A stretch of 64,000 nucleotides of DNA from Leptogorgia sarmentosa (taxonomy: Eukaryota), in contig OZ210885.1 in assembly GCA_964658305.1 (NCBI GenBank), positions 15,500,001 through 15,564,000 of the forward strand, written 5' to 3'. This document shows, one piece after another, positions 38,102-49,800 of this stretch. Numbering within the stretch: the stretch's first letter is position 1; each line of letters begins with the position of its first letter. Below the pieces are notes generated by a model. The model saw only the letters and a list, made by a program, of their open reading frames with translations, had not been told where the DNA came from and did no database searches. The position numbers and the translations under genes are program-made.

Positions 38102-39150
38102 ATTTACTTTCTCAAATGTCTATTTGCGCATGCTCAACCCGAATTTTAGGGCAAAAATAAATTACAATAATGTATAATAATTAATGCATTAAGTTAGGCG
38201 CATGAGAAGAGCGACGTTTGACCCAGGCCTAATTCTCATATCAAACCTTTAATTTAAAATGGCAAAAACACGGCAGTGTATAAAAATATTAAGGACAAGC
38301 AATACATTGTTGGAATTATCATTGAAATATGTATAATATATTGCAAAATGAAAAATCTATGGCTAGAATGAAGCGAGAAAATGACTTGAAATTTAACATG
38401 CACATTCCTCAGAAACGCATCATATTACATCAATGTTCAAAGTAAAAAAACGCATTGATATGATTCGGTCCCCAGGCCAAGCTATACATAAATGAGTTTC
38501 ATTAATTTGTTTCTCAGGTTGGAACAAGGACTTTTGTAACTTATTAAAGTTCTTCAGTATAAAGAATTAGTTTCTGTTTGAATGTAATTATAATATATGG
38601 AGATCTATTATTAGATGTTACATGTAGTGTGCCACAGGCCAGCCATCCCCTCCTTTTGACAATTCTAATTATTAAGGTTCTTTACATGATATAGCTTTTG
38701 CTCATCTGTGTGCACATTCTCTTATATATATGTATATATACGGTGATTAAAAGTATAAATTTGGACACTTACTAAATTTCAGTATTAGACAATTACTAAA
38801 TGTCGGGCCTGTAGCATATAAGGTGTAAACTACTGATTGTATATATCAAACAAGAAGAGACTTTGAATCCGAAAGGTTTCGTAGTCATTATAACCTAAAC
38901 CATTATTATTAGTCATTATCGAAACTATTTTGGGAATTTAAGGCAGGTTAGAACATGAAGAATTTGTTAAATCTGCTCAAGAAATAGTACACTTTAACTG
39001 TTAAAACTTTTAAATGATGGTAAATAGTAAGCGCGCAACATGTGGTCTTTATCAGCAGATTTAATCTGCTTACGAATGTGCGATGAATGTTGTGACGAAT
39101 GTTGTGATGAATGTTGTGACAACTTCACAGTGGTTTTCTCTCCTTGTTTC

Positions 39151-39760
39151 CTATTTAATTGAAAAGTGATGATGCTTCAAAGTGTGCCAATCCAGGGATA
39201 AACTTGCTCTTTGTGCTGTTAAATTCTTCCTAATTCTTGAGAATAAAGACTCTTCTTCAGCATTACTATGAATAATAGCCAAAATTACTTTAACAAGCTT
39301 GAATAGGTTGTGAAATTTACTTCTACTACTACCAGGTATCTTCATAAGAAACAAGTCTCCATCTTCATCCACTCGAATTGTTGCTTCCTCTTTTGCTTGG
39401 GAAGTAAAATCATCTAATTCCAATGACTGAAGACACAAGACTTTTTGCTCCAGCTCTACTATTTCAGCCTTTGTAAATGAGATATAGTGCTGAAAATCGC
39501 TGAAATCGCTCCACTAAGAACAAGACACTCTCAAAAGAGCATTGCGGCTGTGATATATTCAGGAAGCGGGAATGTTTCAGTACCTCATTATCCAAGGGGA
39601 AATTATTGATGGCATACGAGAAAGCTGCTTCGTGGAACTGAAGGCAGGCATTGTAGAATCTATCCACATCATTGTCAGAAACATCACCTTCTTCCAACAA
39701 CTTCTTTGCTTTGTTTCTTGCCAAAAGACCAACATACAATTTCTCATATTGTAAGAATTT
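39151..39760 (-). pseudogene. hAT transposase C-terminal (dimerisation domain) fragment
   Basis: FHNLFKLVKVILAIIHSNAEEESLFSRIRKNLTAQRASL. Confidence 0.7.
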
Positions 39761-40083
39761 GTTGGATTTTCAACTGCTATTTTGATTTCTGCATTGGAAA
39801 ATTTCCCTCTCTTGTATTTGCCAACTGTTTCAGGCTTGTTCCGCAGAACTCGCAAAATACGCAAATGAAGTTTTAAGTCTTTATTGAACAAAATATGTAA
39901 TAAAAAAACACCTAGAAAATAGTCAAATACTTGGACAACCCGTCTCTGTTACTCAAAATCCAAAAACCTTCTAAATAACCGCATGCTTTGCCGGTATGTA
40001 CCGGCCACCTCCGATCCCTGCCCGATGTGTCCCGCGAGACAGGGATTCTCGTAAAATGTCTCCCGAACAAGGCTTCATGAATC

Positions 40084-42044
40084 TATGGCGCTTTATCGGG
40101 GTCAAAATACTATATAGTAAATTTGTCGACGTCTGTCGTTAACACATATGAATTTGGCAAATGAAACGTGTGTAAACTGTGAATTCGTCGAACGTATGAA
40201 TTCATCGATGCAAATTCAACCGCATTCCTTGAACAAGTAAATTTGGCGAAATTTTGTCAAATAAGCAAATTCATCGAAGAAGTAAATTCATCGATAATGC
40301 ATAGCGAGCTTGGCTGCTTGAGCCCGTATTTGGCCAGCGGTGACCATCGCCTTGTAATTCATCTTGCAATCAATATAGTGTCATTACACTCGTGTTTGTC
40401 AACAACCTCGTGGTTAACCTTTTGGACCGGCATTATTGTCATAGTTTTAGACCTGTTCATTTGAATTGTAAATTATTGAAACATGGAAAATGTCCTTAGA
40501 GAATGCGCAAATAGGCTTCTTTCAGCCGCGAATGATATTGGTTCTGCCAATAGAGTTGAGCCGCCGGTACTGCCGAAATTGGATCATTCGTTTGCCCAAC
40601 CACTGCTTCGAGTAATGTTCCGATTCAGGTTTCTGCACCTAGAAGACTATTTAACTTTACTCCACCCACAGCAACAGCTACACCGTCAAGACGTGGCTGG
40701 AGAGGCAGCACGCCATATTCGAGGCCAAGTACTAGCAACTCAAGGCAGTCATATCACTCATATGTGCCCAAGAATACCTTCACTAAAGCGTTTGTTTGTC
40801 TCTCAGAGAGAAACCAAACATCTGCACCAACTGCCTCAGAGAAGATTAGTCTGAGCTTGGCTGGCTTGGGAGAAGAAAAAATTATTTTCGACAAGAGTGG
40901 TGACTCTCAGTATGTTCAAACATTTCCAGCTTTGATGAATTGTGGAGGATATGAAATTCTTCGAACATCTGATGGCAACTCAAGGCTGTTAATGGTCGTT
41001 CCATGTTCTCATATGGGGTATACGGTCAACTTTCTGAAGAGTGCTCTTGGACAGGCAAAAGCATTTTTGAGACCGATTCGGCAGGATATTGCATTAGAAG
41101 ATGCACCAACAAAAGTAAGCAAATGCATTAAGTACTTCTTTACAACTATTATAATAGATTAGTAGGCTATTGCAAATTACAATTGGGCACACCCCTCTGG
41201 GAAAACTTAGGATTCCTTTAGGAAGGCACTTATTCGGCCTCTTCCAAACTATAAAAAGTGAGAGTTGCATTAAGTATTTAACATTCTAGACAGGGTGAAG
41301 GGAGGGGGGGGGAGGAGCAAAAGAAAATGGTAATCATACTGTAATGGTAGGTTTTATTAATTAATTTGTTTGAATATATATTTGTTTCATAAAAAGAATC
41401 TCACCAAGAATCTCCTAAAGTCTGCTGTATTGGCTGCAATGAGAACATAGCAATGGCAGAAATAAGACAACACCAAAACACTTGTGATGGGTGCTTGCAG
41501 TCAAATCAATCACAGACTTCAGAGTATGTTGTAAGAGTATGTTGTACGAGTATGTGTATGTGATATACAGTATGAACAATACTTTCATTTCATTCAAACA
41601 TCATGATTTGCTAACTGCAGATCAGTCACGCCATGCATAGGTATTGATTTCAATTACTTTTCCAGACAAGTGTGTCATCAATCACAAATTACTGAGTTTA
41701 CAAGCACCACTGGAAGCAATACAATAAATGGAGGTACAACATTCCATTTAATAGTAGATAATTTTACATTTGAATCAGCATTTTTATTTCAATTGTTCAT
41801 AGTAAGAATGATGAGTTCGCATTCAATAATTTGCCAAAATTGGGTTAATGGTTTCTTTAATATTATTTACTGGCTGTAGAACGCATTGAAGAACTTCAAG
41901 AACTACGAGAAATGTTCCCACATGTTGAAGACAAAATGCTAAACTCTGCACTTGAAGCATTGGGCAATGTAAATGGTGCGGCTAACTTTCTCCTGTTGCA
42001 GAAAGTTAGAGTTAGTTTACTAGTCATATAAATATTTGTCTCGT
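40084..42044 (+). mobile_element. IS3EU-like element, 5' part, with accessory gene (N-terminal domain, zinc finger, CUE-like domain); truncated by Penelope
   Basis: Begins TATGG at 40084; ORF LAGLGEEKI..FPAL..GGYEILR..GQAKAFLRPIRQD; exon CIGCNENIAMAEIRQHQNTC (~41425-41490); exon 41880-42004 LQELREMFPHVEDKMLNSALEALGNVNGAANFLL. Confidence 0.55.
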
Positions 42045-42085
42045 ACATACGTACATACATACATACAGTTTCGCCTCAAAAAGGT

Positions 42086-42127
42086 GCCACTACAGCCTGT
42101 TTCATCCAAAAAGAATCATCAGATGGC
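42086..42127 (-). ncRNA. Minimal type I hammerhead ribozyme (pLTR copy 1)
   Basis: Minus strand reads GCCAT-CTGATGA-TTCTTTTTGGAT-GAAA-CAGGCTG-TA-GTGGC. Confidence 0.7.
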
Positions 42128-42918
42128 TGACAAATTTCGAAAAGTTTGCTGCTTATAAGTGTTTTGAGTAGGAAGTGTGGGCATGGGCGTAAACAATGCA
42201 TGCATTCCTTGATTTCCTTCCATTGTTTAGGTTGTTTACTAGGAATTTCTTTTTATGGTTACATGTCGAAACTATTTCCGATTTTTTGTTTAGTAAATTT
42301 TGTTTGTTTTTATCTTTCAAAATACAGAGCTTTTCTTCTAAACATAAATTGCATCTTTTTGTTCCTCCCGTATACGAAATACAATGCTTAATTATAGACC
42401 AAGTAATGTCGAAATCTTTGTTATTATCTTTTAGTCCCCAAATATATTTCAAAAGTTCTGTTTCGTTTGAGTACCTTTTGTGGTTAAATGATTTAATATG
42501 GTTTCTATATCGCTGTTTAAATGTACTTGCCGTCATGCCTATGTAATGTTTTGTGCTGTTTGTGCAGGTGACAGTGGCCTTGTAAACTATGTCTTTGGTC
42601 ATGCATTTTTTCTGAAGTGGGCATGTGTTCTTGTCTCTACAAGTGCATAGGTCTGTGGCCTCGCACTGTGGCTTATTTTTCCTAATCGTGTGTTGTGCCT
42701 AGAAATTATAGACTTGACATTGTTCATGCAACTGTAACTGACCTTGACTGTGTTTCTATTAAAAATCTTGTGTAGCTTGTGGTGAGGTGGAAAATGTGTG
42801 TCTAATAAGCCCAGGAAATCACGTGCAATGTGTGTCTTCACACTCTTGCTGAAAGGGGGTTAAACCAAATGATGTTGCGTTGCCTATTTCTGTGTGTTTG
42901 TGGTGCTTGATTCATGTA

Positions 42919-45784
42919 AGTAGAATACCCACACTTATAGAATGCTGACATCAGTATTTTTTCGGGAGCTCTGACCCCTAAATTTTAGTTACCAGGTTGA
43001 CTGTGTTAGACCGGTGTGCGCGCATGTGAACCAGAAACATGTCATATCATGCGAAACATGTTGAAACTGGTTTAGCTATTGTGTTTTTATCGTTTATTCG
43101 AGTTTGGTGGTAAATTTTGAACTATAGTGAAAGATGGATTCCATGTCGTTCACTTTCTTGTTTTTATTTTTTTTTACCTTATTTAACTACCACGTAACAA
43201 CACTTTGTATTTAACATTAAAACGAATCTTCGTAGCTTTAAGCTTACTCTTCTAGTTGAATCTTCCGTATATGTTTTATTTCTCCTGTCGTACCTATATG
43301 TCTATAGGCTGGGAATTTGTGAAATATTGTTGAAATGTTATCATCAGCATTTTAGCTGAAAATGCTGTAGTTTTACACTGCACATTAACAAGAGAGCCAA
43401 CCTAAAATCTATTTTGATAATTGATCGTGTGCATTGCATGGCGTGCATATACACATATCCAAATTACTTTCCGCTTTTTTGAAATCGGCTTGAGATACTT
43501 TATTCCCTAACTGTCATAGATGTATTCAATAATTAAAATTCATTACCTACGGAGTTAAGGTAAAGGTCATTATTTCATATTTGTTCATTATTTCATTGTC
43601 TGTAGACAAAGATTTATAAAAACAGCTTCATTAAAACTATTCCAAAAAATACTTTTATTAGAACAATGTTTCGTTTGAATCGTATATAATCTATGCAAAG
43701 TGGCTGTTATTAAAGATGGCTAGCGTAACGTTAAAGTCTTGGACATGCATCAAACTAACATTTTAGAAATCGACTGACAAGCGTTCGCGATAACAATTTA
43801 TTTAACATTAAAAAATCGAGTTTCAAAATATTTTCAGTTATTCATCTTCATCATCATTTCTCCCTGTAAAACGGTGGTCTTTTAAAATTCTTTTGATCAG
43901 AAATTTTCTCTTATTAACAGCTGCTTCTATAGCCTCTTCTGGGTCAAATTCATCGTTCTCCTCAAAGGCATGCTTTGTTTGCATTATTTTTTTATGGACA
44001 GGATCGATCTTTAGTTGTTTCATCCACAAGAGGCGCTCCATATAAATACTTTCTCTTTGCTCCCTTTGGAGCATGGGTAAAATACTGAAGTAAGCTTCCT
44101 CTGCAGCGGATTTTTCTTCTAGACCACTGTGTATCAAATTCATCTTCATATCTTCAAAAGCCGCCTCATGCTTTTGCATTGCTTCTTCTACCATTGGCGT
44201 CCAAGGATCTTTTTCTTCTTCAGTTTCCGTCTCACTGTCTGTTGTCGCCTGACTTTCAGACGCACTAGTTGACGTTCTTGAAGCATCATCTTCGGAATCC
44301 ATTGTCTGACTTTCTGTTTCTGACATTTCTCTTTCTTTATCTTTTAGTGGGCAGTTTTTTCGTGTCGACGTAGATTGAAACCACGATTAAATGTTCTCCC
44401 ACAAAATTTGCAGCTCATTCTGCTGACAATAGCTGTGCAGAAATGCGTTATTTTTGAGAAGCACAGCACTTTTATGAGCGTTTGAGCAACCCTCATGCAT
44501 ATGACTGCTCATGAGCGTGAGCTCATCTGCTCATCGCAAAAATTGTACAGACCAGGGGTCGGTTGTATAAAACTCTGTAGTTAAATGGTAGTTATACTTT
44601 GAAATACGCGTTTCTGATTGGTCGATTTTCGCACTTAACTATAGTTAACTTAAACTACGTTAAACTACGTTGAAAAAAAGATAAAAATCGACAATATTGC
44701 AGGTTCGGCTCGGGAGTCATGCAGGCACTCAAACGCTCAATTTCCGATTCCTTAAGCTTCCTTATCCATTTTATAACTATAGTAACTGTCCTGACTTTTA
44801 AAATACCGCATACAATAGTCAGTATAATGTTATCGTCACTTTTGTGACTTCTGTCAATCACATGCATCGTAATGATTGTCGTGACCATCTTGCAAATAAA
44901 TATGTTTAGCTGTCTCAGGGCTAGGAAAAAATATTAATGTATTAAACAGTTTCAAATGTGCTTAAAAGTGTTTAACATACATTTCGAATTATAGATCGGA
45001 GGTCTGGAGGCTTCAGTCAAAGCCCTGGGCGGTTTTTGTAACAACAAATTTAGGACCCTCATTTAATTAAACGAATCTTGCCACGGAAAATCTTTGTCTA
45101 CAGACAATGAAATAATGAACAAATATGAAATAATGACCTTTACCTTAACTCCGTAGGTAATGAATTTTAATTATTGAATACATTTATGACAGTTAGGGAA
45201 TAAAGTATCTCAAGCCGATTTCAAAAAAGCGGAAAGTAATTTGGATACATGTATATGCACGCCATGCAATGCACACGATCAATTATCAAAATAGATTTTA
45301 GGTTGGCTCTCTTGTTAATGTGCAGCGTAAAACTACAGCATTTTCAGCTAAAATGCAGATGATAACATTTCAACAATATTTCACAAATTCCCAGCCTATA
45401 GACATATAGGTACGACAGGAGAAATAAAACATATACGGGAGATTCAACTAGAAGAGTAAGCTTAAAGCTACGAAGATTCGTTTTAATGTTAAATACAAAG
45501 TGTTGTTACGTGGTAGTTAAATAAGGTAAAAATAAATAAAAACAAAAAAGGGAACGACATGGAATCCATCTTTCACCATAGTTCAAAATTTACCACCAAA
45601 CTCGAATAAACGATAAAAACACAATAGCTAAACAAGTTTCAACATGTTTCGCATGATAAGACATGTTTCAGGTTCACATGTGCTCGCGCTGTTCTAACAC
45701 GGTCAGCCTGGTAACTAAAATTTAGGGGTCAGAGCTCCCGAAAAAATGCTGACTCGACAAAGCTATAGCTGCACCCTTACTACT
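42919..45784. mobile_element. Non-autonomous mini Polinton/Maverick (2.87 kb)
   Basis: AGTAG..CTACT termini; 6-bp TSD CATGTA (42913-42918 and 45785-45790); 697-bp TIRs (42919-43615 and 45088-45784); removal restores the Penelope frame LEYM|NQA. Confidence 0.8.
43838..44418 (-). pseudogene. Sole cargo gene of the mini-Polinton: zinc finger plus acidic helical protein
   Basis: ATG at 44418 gives MSCKFCGRTFNRGFNLRRHEK; frameshift in an A-run near 44357; then the 162-aa ORF with DPVHKKIMQTK..AAVNKRKFLI. Confidence 0.6.
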
Positions 45785-46585
45785 CATGTATTCAAGCTTG
45801 TGGTCGAAATTGCTGTGCCTTAGTGCGTTTTGGTAAGCGAGAGCACTTTCATGGAATGTGTGCTCATCTGATGAGAGGGTCGAAATGCGCTTGTTGATCG
45901 ATGTGGGGAGTTGTCTTATGATGCTTGGTGGGTGGTTGGAATGTTTGTTTATGTATAGTGGATCGTCATTAGGCTTTCTATAGGACTTAAATTTTCCATT
46001 GTTAAGATCGAAAGTGACATCTAAGAAATTTACTACATTTACTGCAACCAAAATTGTCAACATTTATGGAGTTCTTTCCTGGTTTTATCTGCCAAACGTG
46101 CTGATTTGTTTTTCATGATCATCTGTGTATAAACCGATGTTTTCTTTGCCAAATTTTCCCCCTAGATCGTTTAATATGAAAAGGCCTACAAGTTCACAAA
46201 TTTCAGCTCCATCGTAACTACCCATGGTTACGTCAAATAAGCTGTTGCTGTCTTTTTTTATCCAAGGTTTTCCGTCATTGAAAAGTAGTGATTTCCTAGC
46301 GTATTTTATTATTGAAATGTCATCCTTTGATATGTGAGCCAAATTCGAAGCCCAAGATAATGCTTGGTCCAGTAAATATTCTGATATCGATGGGTAGAAA
46401 TCAACTATGTCAAACGAAATGAAAGTGTGCCTATGTTTTTCTTTGATGTTGCCAAACCACTCTATAACGTTTTGGGTGTTTTGCCATTGGTTTAGGTTCA
46501 AAATTTTCCTCAAATTGGGATTGATTTTGTCAAGGATGATCTTATACTCTATATATATATGAGTATAGTTTTGCCTCAAAAAGGT

Positions 46586-46627
46586 GCCAGTACAGCCTGT
46601 TTCATCCGAAAGGAATCATCAGATGGC
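46586..46627 (-). ncRNA. Minimal type I hammerhead ribozyme (pLTR copy 2)
   Basis: GCCAT-CTGATGA-TTCCTTTCGGAT-GAAA-CAGGCTG-TA-CTGGC; stem II TCC/GGA, near-palindromic stem III, GUA cleavage triplet. Confidence 0.75.
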
Positions 46628-46844
46628 TGACAAATTTCGAAGAGTTTGCTGCTTATAAGTGTTTTGAGTCGGAAGCGTGGGCATGGGCGTAAACAATGCA
46701 TGCATTCCTTGATTTCCTTCCATTGTTTAGGTTGTTTACTAGGTATTTCTTTTTATGGTTACATGTCGAAACTATTTCCGATTTTTTGTATATATATGTA
46801 TATGTATATGTATAGGTATTCTGATATATATATATATATATATA

Positions 46845-49800
46845 TGTAGCGATCTCAAGCCACACTTCTCTGAGTGTTCTCTTCTTTCGATGCTTTATAG
46901 TAGACTCAGCTGTTATTCAATACTTTATTTCTTATAGATTACAACTGTAGTCTTCGGACAAAAAGAAACTAAATCTGATAACAGCTTATAACTAATGTTA
47001 AAAATGGCGGTCAATTGTTGTTTTTATATTATTTTCCGACGACCGGCAGCGCAGACTCACTTACCTAAATTAATTTATGCTTAATATGCTTAACTGCAAA
47101 TTGCTGCAGTTACATGGCTCCTCTAATTGTAAGAATATACAATTAGAAACATTTTTAATAAACTATATTAAATCTAACTAGCTATATATATATTTTTTCT
47201 TTTAATTTTCATAAAATTAAAAATTTCCTCGATGGGGAATCTCTCCGTGTCTCCCTTCTAGCTCTCGTCTTGAGGTAACAACAAAACCAGTTATGTACGG
47301 GTCTGTCCAAATAAGATGCTGGTCGTTTTCGTCTACCTTGATTATCCAGATCACCATCAGATTTTAAAATGCGCACCTTTCTTACATAGCCATCTTCACT
47401 TGGGTAAACGTCTACTACTTTAGCTAGTGGCCACTTGTTTCGTGGTTCTTCACTTTCTTTCGATATAACTATATCACCAACCGACAGATTTTTCTGGGGA
47501 CGATTCCACTTTTGACGACTTTGTAAGTTATGTAAAACTTCACGACGCCACCTTAACCAGAACTCGTTGGCCAAATATTGAACTCTTCTCCACCATTTAC
47601 GGGAGTATAAATCTGCTCTTTGAAATTGACCTAGAGGTGGCAGAAGAACCTTCGGTTTGAATGTAAGGAGATGGTTCGGAGTCAACGGTTCCAATGCTTC
47701 CGGATCACTAAGCTCCTGGGTTGTTAGAGGTCTGGAATTCACGATGGACTCCACTTCTGTCATGAATGTCCTAAAAGCTTCATCATCCAGTTGACTGCCA
47801 GAGGAAATAAGCAAGGTTTCGAGAGCATCACGAACAGTCCGAATCATTCGCTCCCAAGACCCTCCCATGTGACTGGCGTGGGGAACATTCATCTGAAAGG
47901 GTATCGATTCTGTGCCATGTTGTACTGTATACTCGTGTATTCGATATTGATCCATTTCCTTTAATGCTTCGTTTCGGGCTCCTACAAAGTTGGTACCTTG
48001 ATCGCATCTTAATTGTCTTACGGGACCACGTCGACTAAGGAATCGACTCAAGGCATTGATGAAAGATGACGTGTTAAGCGAATTTGCTGTTTCCAAATGA
48101 ACGCTTCTACTCGCGAGACAAGTAAAAAGAACACTGTATCGCTTCACTTGGCTTCTCTTTTCTTTGATAATGAAAGGTCCAAAGAAATCTACTGCACAGT
48201 ATGAAAATGGAGGAGAAGGTTCAACACGGTCCTTCGGTAGTTCAGACATCTTCTGGGTTTGAAGGTATCCACGTAAACGTTTGCAAACCACGCATTTTGC
48301 TATCATATTGGAAACAACAGATGTTCCACCAATAATCCAATATCCTTGTTGTCTTAACTCATTATGTGTGGTTCCCCTACCCATATGATTGACCTTCAAA
48401 TGAGAATCTTGAACAAGCAGGTTGGTTATATGACTCTTTCGAGGAATAACAATGGGATGCGTAACTGTCAAAGGAAAATTCGCTCGTTTGATCCGACCCC
48501 CTACACGGATTAGTCCGTTATCATCTAAAAATGGATCTAACCGATACAATGAGCTATACTTCTTGATCCTTTTATTTCGATTTCTAGCCACCTTTCTTGG
48601 AACCTCCTTTTCTTGCACTTTCAAACTTTGAAGAACTCGAATTTCTGTGCCGAAATGTTCATGCTGGGTAGCTCTCAGGATTTCCTTTTCTGCTTCTTGT
48701 AATTCGGAGAGGGAAACAACAAATTTTGGTAAAGTTTGTGCTTTGCGAGTACTTGATAAGTTTACTTTCTTAACTTCCCTTTGTCTAAATCTAACTTGTA
48801 ATCGTAGACATAACGGTATAATCTTCTTTGCACGATACCAATCTGACACATGATTAAGACGTTTTACATCCCAACATTGTTCTTCTAACTCTTGGCTGTA
48901 TACTTTACCAACCACTGCTTTCTTGACCTCGGGATCATTATCCTTCAAAACGAACTCCTCGCTTTCTTGAGAATGGAAGGTTCCACTCTCCCACAGAAAT
49001 TCAGGACCATTTAACCACCTACATCCGTTCACGAGCTGCTTAGCATCGAGTCCGCGCGATGCATCATCTGCAGGATTATCCTTAGTTTCTACATAACGAG
49101 AGAATTCCACGTCTTGTCAAAGGACGATCTTGCAATTCTATTCTGAACTGGAAACTATCATTTTCAACACACCACGTTATACCCAATGCTCGTTCCATGG
49201 GCAGAGTATCGATTCGTAGATCCAAATCTTTTATACATGTTGCCCTTTCCTCTGCTGGAAACTCTTGCAGAACATCCCTACTGTTAGAAACAATCTTATG
49301 TAATTTCAGTCCGGCTCTAGCACATATGCCTTGACTGGCTTTGATTAACGTAACTGCTTCTTTAACAGTTGAAACTGACTTAACACCGTCATCTACATAG
49401 AAATCCTTTTTGATAAACTCTGCGGCGCTTTCTCCAAATTCTCTTTCACCTTCATCAGCAGCTCACTTTAAACCAAAGTTTGCACAACCAGGTGAGCTAG
49501 CTGCCCCAAAGAGATGAACTTTCATACGATATTCTACTACTTCATTGCTGGGATCTCCGTCCTTCCACCACAAAAAACGCAAAAGATCTCGATATTCTTC
49601 CGACACCATAAACTGATGAAACATTCCCTTAATATCCGTTAGGAAAGCAATTCTTTCTTGACGAAATCTACACAAGATTCCGAGAAGATTGTTAGTCTCA
49701 TCAGGACCTTGCAGCAAATAGTCGTTAAGTGATATTCCATTGAATCTTGCAGAACAATCGAAGACTACTCTAATTCGTCCGGGCTTCTTTGGGTGGTATA

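Larger units (their letters stand above)
30718..38229 (+). mobile_element. PIF/Harbinger DNA transposon with nested hAT
   Basis: TIR GGCCTGGGTCAAACGTCGCTCTTCTCATGCGCC at both ends; TAA TSD confirmed by the empty paralogous site GAAGACTAATTCTC at ~30335. Confidence 0.95.
42066..46788 (-). mobile_element. Penelope-like retroelement (Naiad-type RT plus GIY-YIG) with direct pseudo-LTRs, split by the mini-Polinton
   Basis: RT FDIVDFYPSI, MGSYDGAEICELVG, LYTDD; GIY-YIG IVY..YIGMT..FKQRY, RCNLCLEEK; repeat 42066-42288 matches 46566-46788. Confidence 0.9.

Noticed and set aside
39075..39120. 12-bp tandem repeat, about four units
   Set aside because: Ordinary minisatellite with no further structure.
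42153..42660. Selenoprotein-type Naiad endonuclease
   Set aside because: The Cys positions checked use TGC/TGT; no in-frame TGA in the GIY-YIG frame.
44553..44680. Harbinger-like MITE end (GGGGTCGGTTGTATAAAA) inside the mini-Polinton
   Set aside because: No matching opposite TIR or TSD found.
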